Below, piece after piece: positions 40,233 through 51,467 of a stretch of DNA of 64,000 nucleotides; positions within the stretch are counted from its first letter, which is position 1, and each line of letters begins with the position of its first letter. Under the pieces are notes generated by a model. It made no database searches. It was given only the letters and a program-made list of their open reading frames with translations, and was not told the origin of the DNA. The stretch comes from Mytilus trossulus (Eukaryota). The stretch covers positions 41,292,001 to 41,356,000 of the forward strand of contig NC_086373.1 in the NCBI RefSeq assembly GCF_036588685.1, given 5' to 3'. Made by a program: the position numbers and the translations under genes.

Positions 40233-41096
40233 AATAAGAATTACATGTCATAAGTGTGTAGGTTTTACCTTTTATACTATTTCATATTTGAGGTCAATAA
40301 CCTATAGTAATATATGTTTCAATTGGAACTTTTTACAACATATCTTGAAAACTTCACATTTTCAAGAGACCACTTGTTTCAAATATATTATTTATTTATT
40401 GTAAATAAAATTGAGAATGGAAATGGGGAATGTGTCAAAGAGACAACAACCCGACCAAATAAAAAAACAACAGCAGAAGGTCACCAACAGGTCTTCAATG
40501 TAGCTAGAAATTCCTGCACCCAGAGGCGTGTACGTGTATGTATCTAAACAACACATCGAAATTATTTCATCTTCCCGGGGCTTTTCATTTTTCATTTTCT
40601 ACGGGTTTATTTCAATATATAAAAATATAGATGAGAAAATATAGTTACTATTTTGATTTAGTGTTCTATTGACAGACATTTTTGTTTATAGAAATACAAG
40701 TGTTAGTTGATGAAAATGTGCAGAGAAATGTAGAAAAACATGTTTCTCATCTATGAAACAGGATTTTAAAAAGAATAAAAATCTTACAAGCTACAAAGAT
40801 ATATTATGTAATATTAATATTGAAAAGTATCATTGCTACGTAGTTATTCTATGTAGACAAGGAAGCTTGCTGCTGTGATAATCTAAGGGATTTTAATCTT
40901 GCATCAAGTTCTGATTACCCGTCAGGGACACCTGAGATAAATCCAAACTTTCAGTGGATTTCGCGTTGCATGTGGTGCTCAGTCCTTGGTATACTGGGAT
41001 GGTTGTCTGTTTTTTCTTTTTACATATCAGCAATGTCATTGTCCGATTATTAACGCTTCATAAGTTTAAATATCCTTTAGTATTCTTTTTTCTCTC

Positions 41097-41245
41097 TTTA
41101 ACTCTACTTTTCGCTATATAGATGACGTTCTTGCACTAAATAATTAAACATTTGGTGACTATGTTTAACGCATCTAACACATCGAACTAGAGATAATGGA
41201 TACAACAGGTACAATTAAGTCAGCCTCATATCTTGACTTACAACT
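41097..41245 (+). mobile_element. Small Penelope-like RT fragment
   Basis: Translates FNSTFRYIDDVLALNN*TFGDYV*RI*HIELEIMDTTGTIKSASYLDL. Confidence 0.75.
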
Positions 41246-41969
41246 TGCACTTACATGTTTAACCCCGCCACTTTATTATCACACTCGTGGATCAGAGGTA
41301 ATCAATGACACATACATTCTCATACATTTATTTCAATGACTCTGTTATCGATATTCCAACTGCAAAATATCAAAACCTTACAGTTTCCTTATTTGAGTTT
41401 TAACGTTTTATATATGTATTTTAAAACTTTCTCATTTTTATGGAAAGACATAGTATGGATTGTTTTTATCCTTTAAGGTTTTAAATAATGAAATATTAGT
41501 TTTTGAACAGATTATATATGTGAGCTTTGATGAGTGGCTGAGTAAATATTATATAAATAACACATAGATGAGAGGGTGATAGAGCAGATTGGTACCCCGA
41601 GAAAACATTTTGCGAGGGGTACCAATCTGCCCTATCACCCTCTCAGCTATGTGTTATTTAATTTATTATACTAAATGTCATATCCTTATTGTCTTTTACA
41701 GATTAATTTTATTTTAAAAGTATTTTCTATGACGTCACATACATAACAACGTTATGGGTATTAGAAAAAACAACAAAATTAAGCAAGATTTTTTATTGTT
41801 TATTTTGACAGTTAAATAATAAAATCTGAGGCAAAATGTAAAACTTAAGCATTGTATTCAATAACTTGATGTAAATTCAATTCATTGTCTTTTAAATTGT
41901 CGATTTGGACCAGAGGGTAACATTGAATATTGTCACCCTCTCAGCTATGTGATAGATTTAAAATATGGC

Positions 41970-42141
41970 TATCTTAGAGTGGTATAATCAGACTTTTTAG
42001 GCACAATAAGAAATACTAGCTGTTTCTACTTGTATTGATTCTAAATTCCATTTGCACAAAAATCTCAACGTCATAAGTAGCATGACGTTACAATACATAC
42101 ATAGCGGTACCGCGAACGTCTAATGAACACAGTCCTGAACA
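41970..42141 (-). repeat. 3' LTR of BEL/Pao element 2
   Basis: Direct repeat of 47736-47907. Confidence 0.96.
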
Positions 42142-42256
42142 TCCTGGGGGCCCGCGAATGATAATTTAAGCAATAAATAAAGAAAAAACTTTAAAATGAA
42201 ATAACTATTGTCTCTCAAATGAAATAAAACTTTAACTTTTTACACTTAAACAGTCT

Positions 42257-45200
42257 TTATGTTTTACGGAACGGTTGAATCCAACTTTTGATTTTCTCCT
42301 TGGCATCAGTTTTTGCTTTTCTAGTTGAAGTAATAGTATTGTCACTGGAATCACACGGACTATCTGTTGATAAGAGTTCAAGTGGATATAGCTTACTTAT
42401 TGGTCTAGATGTCGTGCCTTTTTTAGTGCGTAAAATGGCAGTTCTACAAAGTCCATCTCTCCCATAAACTAACTTAACGATAATCGCTATATTCCACACT
42501 GTCCTTGGGGTATCATCATGAATCTGTACAATGTCGCCCACTTTAATGATTTGAGTGTTATTTCCGGTGTTTCTATGTTGTTCCCTAAGTGAAGTGAGAT
42601 ATTCTCGTCGCCATCTGTTCCAGAAGTCGTGAATAATGCGTTTTTGAACACTAGATTGTCTATTTGCTGTGTAATGTGTTAAGTTTTGTAAGTTCTCCTC
42701 ACTGCTGAAATTAATTGTTCCTGAATACGGTAAAGTTTTAACCCGTCTTCCATAGAGAAGATGAGACGGTGTAAGCGGTTCATCATCGGTAAGGTCCGTT
42801 GATACGTGGGTTAACGGACGATCATTTAATATAGCCTCTATCTCGATCACAATTGTCTCTAGCACTCTAAAAGTAACTAGTGCTCGTCCTAACACTTTCT
42901 TTATGCAATTCTTGGTCAAGCCGATCAATCGTTCCCACCAACCACCATACCATGGGGCACGTTTCGGAATAAATTTCCACTGAGTTCCATATATGTTGAG
43001 TTGTTCCTGAATAGAAGCAGATTTTGTAAGCATTTCAATTTCCTTCGCTGCTGCGGTATATGTTGTACAAATGTCAGACATCATGATTTTTGGTAACGAT
43101 TTGCGGCTGGTGAATCTCCTAAACGCTAGAATGAATGTTTGTTCTGTAAGGTCTTCGATGATTTCCAAATGCACAGCTCTAGTGTTAGCGCAGGTGAATA
43201 GACAAATATATGCTTTACTAGTACTGTTGCTTTTTGTTCTAACATGCAATGCTCCTGTGAAGTCGACACCGGTTACGGTAAACGGTGGTGAATCATTAAG
43301 TCTGTCGGACGGCAGTGGTGGTGGGTCGGGTGTATGATAGGGTCTTCCTGTAATTTTACGGCAAGTAACGCAATTACGGAGTATTGATTTAACACATTGT
43401 CGAATCGACGGAATCCAGTAAGACTGGCGAATAAATGTCACTGTACTTTCTAATCCAGAGTGAAAATTCTTTGCGTGTGCATCCATCACAATTAATTTAC
43501 AAAATCTGTCTTTGTTCGGTATTAGTACTGGAAATTTAGCTGATTCATCAATAGGTGCATTGTTTATTCTCCCACCACAACGGATAATGTTCATTTTATC
43601 CATGTACAATCAAAGTTGCTTCACTAGCGCATTTTTCTCTGATTTGTTGTTTAAACTCTCAATAACATCCGGGTATTAACGCAGTTGCGAATCTCGAATC
43701 CATGAAGTCGAAGCAGTCTGAATTTCATTGACACTAAGATTTCCTGTTAGTTTGTCATTATTTCTACAGTTGTTTATGAATCGGTACATGTATGCTGTTA
43801 TACGCAAAAGTTTTTGGTATGAGCTGTAGCGTTGTATATCCATAATTTTACTTATTCCTTCATAAAATCTTATTTTCTGTTGCGGTTCACTAGTTGATTG
43901 CCCTTGCTCAATTGTAGTGCTAAGAATGTGCGATTCTTTATTCTTCCACTGTGGCCAGTTTGATTTGTCAGTGAGCCATTCGGGTCCTTTCATCCAAAGA
44001 TCCAATTCTAGGAATTTGGTTGCAGTTACTCCTCTCGATAGTATATCTTCCGGATTTGAATATGTCGGACAGTACTTCCATGTGTATTCTTGAGTAATTT
44101 CGTTAATTTCCTTCACTCGATTACTAACGAAAACGGGTAATTGTTTCTCAGTAGTAAGCCAACTTAAAGTTATCTGACTGTCACTCCATAATGTGACGCT
44201 TGTATCCTCCAAGTGCGATTTCAAATGCTTGACGAGTCTTGCGCCTATCAAAGCTGCACTGAGTTCTAACTTCGGAATTGTTAACTGTTTCAGAGGTGTC
44301 ACTCGATTCTTTGACATGATAAGCACGGTTTCTTTTCCACTGACTAAATATGCGCATGCTCCATAGGCTTTCAAGCTTGCATCCGTAAACACATGTAATT
44401 CTACATTGTCTGATTTTTCTTTGAAATACGGTCTATTAATTTTCAAATGTGAACATTCATTAATATCTTGTAGTACACACTTCCATTCTGTTGTAATTTC
44501 AGATGTAAGAGGTTCATCCCAATTTAATCCTTTCTCCCACAAAGTCTGCATAAGCATCTTACTACGCACAGTAACTGGACCAATAAGTCCGAGTGGGTCA
44601 TATACTTTCGATGATTGTCTTAAAATCTCTCGTTTTGTCATACGTGTATCTTCAATATCGGTGTATTCCGGTTTGGCGAAAGTAAGTGTGTCGTTACAAG
44701 TGTTCCATCTCAATCCAAGCACTTTTATGAGTTCATCTTTGTCTAATACGCTGTGTGAATTTGCGCGGTCTCGCAAAAGTTGAGAATTTGAAGCCCATGA
44801 GCGCAAGTTAAATCCTGCTCTAGTGAATAAGTCTCTTGATGTATCAAAATATTTCAGTAATGCACTCTCTGTAGGAAAACTCGACAGTATATTATCAACA
44901 TACAAATCGTTCTTTAAAGTGTCAGTATATTCACAGCGGTTCTCTCTCAAGTGTTTTTGTAGAACGGAATTCAGTATGAATGGCGATGAAGTGGCTCCAA
45001 ATAATACAGACTTAAATCGGTAAGTTGATAGTGGAGTTGATGGGTCTGTTGGTGTATCGAACCAAAAGAAACGTGTGACATCTCTATCCTGTGTCTCTAG
45101 TCCCACGTTCAAGAACGCCTTCTCTATATCAGTAGTAACGGCAAATTGGTGTAAACGAAATCTTAAAAGTATGCCGACTAAGTCATTTAAATTGGGTGGA

Positions 45201-47718
45201 GTGGTCATCAAACAATCATTTAGACTAGACGATTCTGGTGTTGCTTTACAACTGCAGTCGAATACGACCCTGATTGGTGTTGTAGTTGAATCTTTTCTCA
45301 CAGCATGATGCGGAATATAGTGTACTTTGCTCTTTTCGTCGGCCTCATTAGTAGTATGCACTTTCTATGAAGCCCCTTTTCTCCTGCTCAGCCATTATTT
45401 CTCCATATTTTTCCAATAGTTTGGGTTCTTTGCTAAGTCTTCTTACTACACTTTCCGTCCTTCGTTGTGCAATGGCTTTATTTGTCGGTAACGTAGGGTG
45501 ATCCTCTTTCCATGGTAACGTTACAAAATATCTGTTGTCATGGTAACGAATTTGTTTCTCTTCATAAGTCTTTTGAATATCCATCTGTTCTTCTAACTTT
45601 GTGGTGTCAATTTTCTCGGTGACTCTATTTTCCAAAATTTCTCCAAGTCGTACTCATCGGTTTTTGTTGCGATCATCACGTTCATCATCGAAGCTCTCTT
45701 GTATCCATCTGTGTCAGAGTTGTGTGAATGTAGCGTTCCAGACAACAGGTATCCGATCTTTGATTGAACAGCTGTCGGTCCTTCGCCTCGGATAATATCA
45801 TTCTGAACAATTGACCAGAAGTAATCAGCTCCAATTAGAATAGAAATTTCAAAGTTTTCATCTGCTGTTACTGGGTGAGCTAATTTGATTCCTGACAAAT
45901 ATGTAAGTTTTGCTGCTTGACGTACATAGGTTCTCATCGGTGCTGCGATCTCTGGAACGATCAAGACTCGAATCGGCAGTTTACCATCTGTAGTTATGAG
46001 ATATACAAATCCTGTTCCTAAATGGCAAATTTTAGTACTATTTGCATTGTCTCCAAATCCGGATAGGTTAACGCTTTAAGTTCCAGTAGGTTTGAGTTTC
46101 AATTTCTCGGCTAATTCCTCTGTGATAAATGAGCGCTGTGCGCCTTCGTCAAACAATATTTTTGCATCAAGTATTTCATGTTCTACACTTACTGGGTTAA
46201 TTGCTGTCTTCAAAAGTTCACGATCTGTCGATTGCGAGTGTAAAATAGTGTCTGATTCCTCCGCGTTGTGTTGAATTGTGCCTACGGTTATATCCCCTGT
46301 TGGTTTGTTGTCTTCATTTCTTTTAACATTGTCTTTGCAAATGCTGGTGTGATGACGTTTGTGACACTTGTTGCAAGTTTTTGTAGATTTACATGCGGAT
46401 AAGCTATGGTGTCCTAGACAGTTAAAGCATAAACGATCTTTTTTCACGATTGACATCCGGCCATTGTAATCAGATACTTTAGTGCAATTAACAGACGAGT
46501 GTGGCTCCTTACAGTACGCACAGAGTGGTTTGGGTTTAGTGTTACTTGAGTTTGTATTCTTGTTACCTCTATTTCGATTACTATAATTTGTATTTGTCAG
46601 AAAGGCGGCGGTAGCTGTAGGGGGTTGTAACTGTTCTGAAGTTTTGCCTGCATCCATAATATAAAGTTCATCGAAAATTCCACGACGTAATTCATTCAGT
46701 TGTAAATCTGTAGATCTATATTGTCTGGCAAGATTTCTGCGGATTTCACCGGGTAGTTTGTTCATAATGATGGGCACTAAAAACGCTCCGTATGTGTCTT
46801 CACTTTGACCTAATGACTCCAAACCTCTAATGTGTATCCCAATTTCATCGTAGTAGTCTTTCATGCTAGATATCGTGTATTTAGGGGCTGGTATATCAAC
46901 TAGTGCTTGCATATCCTTCTGTCTTATTACATGCGATTGTCCATATCTGTCTTGCAGTAAAGAAATAGCTTTCTCATAATTTGCATGTGTAAGAGCAAAC
47001 CCTGTGACGGTTTTCAATGCTTCATCATGGAGTAGTGACTTCAAATAATTAAATTTCTGAACATTTCCAAGAGTAGTGTTTTCGTGAACGGATATCTCGT
47101 ATGAATCCCAAATGACTGCCACTGCATAATATTACCATCAAAGGTAGGAAGATTCAATTTGGGCAACTTGTTGTACTCATTTAATCTAGTGTTACTACGT
47201 GAAAACTGAGTTTCCGGTACACGGAAGTTTGAATTACATGTATTCTGTTTATTGTATATCTCGGGTTGAGCATAACTTTGTTGATCATGAGCAGGTTGAG
47301 CATAACTTGGTTGACCATGAGCGGGTTGAGCATCAGTGGGCTGAGCAGAGGCGGGTTGAGCAGAGGCGGAATGTGAAGGGTCGCTATAACTGACGAAATC
47401 TTTTGCATTTGTACTGAGTGTGGATGTATTGACAAGAATGAGCTTTTGTATTTGCGTTATTTTCCCATCTAATGTGTAAGCATACTCATCTGAATCGACG
47501 ATCTCGGCTTCTACTTCTCCTTCATCAAGATTTTCTAGAATGTCCTCATTAAGTTTTTGTAGTGTCTCTTGTTTCTTCAACAGATTGTTCACAATTTTAG
47601 TTAACTCTTCAGTGTTCACGGGCTCATCTTCGTCGTTTCGGATGTCCTCAAATTTCTTCAAAAGTCGGGAAATAACGCTTCTGTGTCCTGCACGTATAGA
47701 ACGTAGTTTGGAACTCAT
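42257..47718 (-). pseudogene. BEL/Pao gag-pol polyprotein with 3 frameshifts and 3 in-frame stops
   Basis: ORFs 47041-47727, 46076-47122, 45593-45964, 45348-45635, 43676-45361 and 42257-43609 are consecutive parts of one polyprotein. Confidence 0.93.
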
Positions 47719-47735
47719 CCTGGTCACGGCACCAA

Positions 47736-47907
47736 TATCTTAGAGTGGTATAATCAGACTTTTTAGGCACAATAAGAAATACTTGCTGTTTCTACTTGTA
47801 TTGATTCTAAATTCCATTTGCACAAAAATCTCAACGTCATAAGTAGCATGACGTTACAATACATACATAGCGGTACCGCGAACGTCTAATGAACACAGTC
47901 CTGAACA
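47736..47907 (-). repeat. 5' LTR of BEL/Pao element 2
   Basis: Direct repeat of 41970-42141, adjacent to the PBS. Confidence 0.96.
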
Positions 47908-48679
47908 ATGGCATTTTAACGTAAAGTATAATAAAATATAATATGTACTCAGCCACTTTTGTTTTTGTTTTTTTCTAATACCCATAACGTTGCTATGTAT
48001 GTGACGTCATAGAAAATACTTTTAAAATAAAATTAATCTGTAAAAGACAATAATATCATGACATTCAGTATAATAAATTAAATAACACATAGCTGAGAGG
48101 TTGATAGGGCAGATTGGTACCCCTCGAAAAAGCATTGTCACCCTTGGCTTCGCCGCGGTTTACAATGTTTTCTCGGGGTACCAATCTGCTCTATCACCCT
48201 CTCATCTATGTGTTATTTATATAATAATATATTGAAAGTACAAAGAAAAATAGGATGAAAGATGATATTTCATTAAAAACCTTCAAACAATTTTAAATTA
48301 TGGTTTGAGCCATGAAGTTGCTCTTTGAGAATTACACTGACATTTCTAAATTATGTTACTGAATTTACAGTTCCGTGATCACATCAGAACGAATGTTCGC
48401 TTAACTTTTATTTCATATCTGAAAAGGCGTAGATTTATCTAAAATTTCACGATTAAGATTTCATTTATCTCTTTTGCTTAACTTTTACTATTATCTAACT
48501 AATTGTTGATTTTGCAAAAGATTTAAGTGGAAGGTGTAATCCGCCAGTCTCCAAGGTTTGAGATAACCAATTAGTATTTGCTCGATGATTTATCAAATTT
48601 TAAATGGTATTGTTTCCTGATTTTAATTACACAAAATTGGGAAAAAGACAATTCAATTTTTATTTCGCCTGATTTATGA

Positions 48680-48850
48680 TCATAGATACCAGGACTAAAT
48701 TTTATATATAGACCAGACGCGCGTTTCATCTACAAAAGACTCATCAGACCTCGAATTCAAGAATGTAAAAAACCCAAATAAAGTACGAAGTTGAAAAGCA
48801 TTAAGAATAAAAATTCCTAAAAGGTTTGCCAAATCCAGCTAAGGTAATCT
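48680..48850 (-). mobile_element. Hammerhead-ribozyme-containing repeat (core intact, stem I degraded)
   Basis: Minus strand CTGATGA-gtct tttgt agat-GAAA-cgcgcg-TC-tgg at ~48712-48747. Confidence 0.72.
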
Positions 48851-49144
48851 AGCCGGTCTAAGATTTATGAAATGTATAACATAAGACTTAAATATAAAAT
48901 TATACTAGTATACAAATGTCGCTTAAAATATGTCTGTATAAAAAGGGCATGTGAAATTTCAAACAGCACTCAAATTATTGTTGTTTAAACTAAGATTTCT
49001 GATCAGGAAATAATCTCTTTATTTATTTTGTTTATTGTTAGACTTTAAATGAGACTTGTGTTAACATTTTATATCGGTTTACTCGATGTAAGTATGACAC
49101 TTATAACTTGATTGATGTTCATAATTACAAGTATTGCAAAACTT

Positions 49145-49214
49145 ACGTCACACCTTCACTGAACCATTTATTTCCTCTAGTACAGTATATTTTCCCTTGT
49201 AGAGTGTATATAAG
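49145..49214 (+). promoter_or_regulatory. Family core promoter of gene 4. Non-coding exon 1 ends at 49280
   Basis: ACGTCACACcttcactGAACCatTTATTTCCTCTaGTACA...TATATAAG. Donor aag|gtaatt at 49281. Confidence 0.75.
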
Positions 49215-49619
49215 ACAGAAATAAATTGAAGACTTCACACAACATTTCTGTACACCTTTAAATAACTACACGAACTCAAGGTAATTAATATGTAAATATA
49301 TACAAAAGATGTTTAGTTTAAAAATAATATAGTATATCTCGTAAATGAAATGGATTCTTATAATCAGATATATAATTTTAAAATTCAATTATGATATGAG
49401 CTTGTGTTATTGTTGAAAACGGCAAATACTTGAAACTCAGGAAAAATAAAAATAAGTTGGATGACACAAAAGATGCTACAAGAATTGTTTGTTATCTCCA
49501 TCAATTGCATGTCGATCATGCTGATAAACAAGTTACTTTCATTAATGACTTTCAATTTTCTGATGGTGACTTCTCTTGGTATATGGTATGCAGCTTTATT
49601 TTGTCATTTTTTTTTTAAA

Positions 49620-50030
49620 TAATAAGGTTTTTCTACCTAAGTTATAGATTTACTTACTGTAAATTCAGAAATTATTGCGAGGTTTTTATTATTGCGAATA
49701 ATGCGACTGAGTTGTAAACGCAATAATTAAAACTCGCATTCTGTAATATTTCAACTGAATTAAGCATGACTTTTCTCAAAATCGTAAAAATTAAAATCGC
49801 ATTCAAGTGTAAAATGACAAAATCGCAATAATAAATGCACGCAATAATTTCTGAATTTACAGTAACTGTATTTGGCAAAACTTTAAGGAATTTTTGTCCT
49901 CAAAAATCTTCAACTTCGTACTTTATTTGGCCTTTTAACTTTTTGGATTCGAGCGTCACTGATGAGTCTTTTGTACGAAAGTATGGCGAAGATACAAACT
50001 TTAATTCTGGAATCGATGATGAGTTTATTC
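49620..50030 (+). mobile_element. Hammerhead-repeat copy in intron 1 of gene 4, interrupted by a MITE
   Basis: gagcgtcaCTGATGAgtcttttgtacGAAAgtatggcg at 49951-49988. The flanks match 7555-7710 and 48680-48850. Confidence 0.7.
49655..49864. mobile_element. MITE with TA target duplication
   Basis: TA-ctgtaaattcagaaattattgcg ... cgcaataatttctgaatttacag-TA, perfect 23-bp TIRs. Confidence 0.88.
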
Positions 50031-50129
50031 ATAAATAATACATATCAGTAGAAACATCATTCAATATAAGTAAAAAATTCAAACCATACGAATTAAGTGA
50101 CATTTATTTATATATTTATTCCAGAAACA

Positions 50130-51467
50130 ATGGAAGGAAAGGCTGTTATTATTTTCTTTGGATTTATATCATGCGCTGTAGCTGGTATGTATCTTATTTT
50201 ATTACATATTCAATCATTAGTTTATTGTTTTGATGAGAGAAATTTGACAAAGAAATAAATTTTAAGCAAGCATTATTCTACAAAAATACACACAAAATAT
50301 TTGAATATCGATATACCACGATTATTTAAACAATAGACCAAATACATGTATACCTAAATCAACATTCCAACAACGCTACTTCGTTTCACCTTTTTGACGA
50401 CTCATTCTACGTATACCTTCACTCATAAGAAATATATTAGAAAACATAGGAATTTAAAATCATTTAAAGAATAAAAATTGTGGTAATCAAAACTATACGG
50501 ATTTTTTTTTTATTTGGAAAAAGTACATAGAATTTAGAGTCCAACACATTATTTATTGTTTCATTGTTAACAATATTAAATTAGCAGTCGTTTTTCATTA
50601 ATCTAATTCGCCTTTTCCACGAGTTCAAAACATATTTCACCCTCACAAGGAACGCTGAAACCACAAAATCACATTTACTCAATGCAATAATTAAAGCAGA
50701 AATTAAATTTGTAACAAACAGTGTGGATATCGAAAGTATTGAAACCAAATAATATTTATGATCTAAGTTACCAATGATATTTCATATTTAAACATTTCTA
50801 AATGAAATTTATTATTACAGTATATTCAGTCAAAAAACCAGTTTGTGAAATTGAATGCTCGAGTCATTCAGAATGTCTAGATGGATACAGTTGTCAAACA
50901 GAAGGATGTGATCGTATTTGCAGACCTAGGAGAGTGATTTTATCAAATTCAGCAATTAGATCCGACATTATTTCATCCGGATGCGTTCAGAGATGTATGG
51001 ACCGAGGAGAACTAGGTTGCAGAAGTCTTTGTCAGCGAAGTTTAGATTCATTGTCAGGAGGCCAAATCATTCCTGGTGGTTTCTTAGACAGTGGATTCCA
51101 AGATGCTTTAGTAGATCCTATTCGGTTAGATAGTCTTGTTAGACATACCTTGCCAGTAGGTGATTCTATTCGGCCAGGTAGTCTTGTTAGACGTATCTCG
51201 CCAGTAGGAGGTTCTATTCGTTCAGATAGTCTTGTTAGACATAACTCGCCAGTAGGTGATTCTATTCTGTTAGATAGTCGTCTTGGACGTATGTCACAAG
51301 TAGGTTCTATACGGTCAGGAAGTCTTCTGGGGCGTATCTCGCAAGTTGATTCAATTTTACATAAAGACTGTCAAAATACATGCATTTCACGAGGCTGCAA
51401 CTTTAACGAGGAATGTGTAACAAGAGATGGATGTTCTGTATGTGTTCGTGCCAAGACCTACGCATAA
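50130..51467 (+). CDS. Cluster gene 4: secreted Cys-capped repeat protein, 233 aa. Coding exons 50130-50184 and 50821-51467
   Basis: MEGKAVIIFFGFISCAVA-G|gtatgt. Acceptor ttacag| at 50820 gives VYSVKKPVCEIECSSHSEC..., ending VRAKTYA*. AATAAA at ~51560. Confidence 0.92.

Larger units (their letters stand above)
41970..47907 (-). mobile_element. Full-length BEL/Pao LTR retrotransposon (5938 bp)
   Basis: 172-bp LTRs at 41970-42141 and 47736-47907 (1 mismatch). Perfect TSD ATGGC (41965-41969, 47908-47912). 18-nt tRNA-His PBS at 47717-47734. Order gag-PR-RT(YVDN)-RNase H(FTDAS)-integrase (HHCC, GVDFTG, GGWWERL). Confidence 0.97.
41547..48226. mobile_element. Palindromic non-autonomous DNA element (long inverted ends with internal hairpins, possibly Crypton-type), split by BEL element 2
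   Basis: 41547-41780 is the reverse complement of ~47960-48226. Each end is itself a hairpin (aaataacacatagatgagagggtgatag...ggtacccc / ggggtacc...ctatcaccctctca..tatgtgttattta). Confidence 0.75.

Noticed and set aside
39913-40404. ORFs spanning the N run
   Set aside because: Artefact of the assembly gap.
43610-43612. In-frame TGA in BEL pol as a possible Sec or read-through codon
   Set aside because: It is not at an evident Cys position, no SECIS was seen, and the same ORF has TAA stops and frameshifts. Ordinary decay is the simpler explanation.
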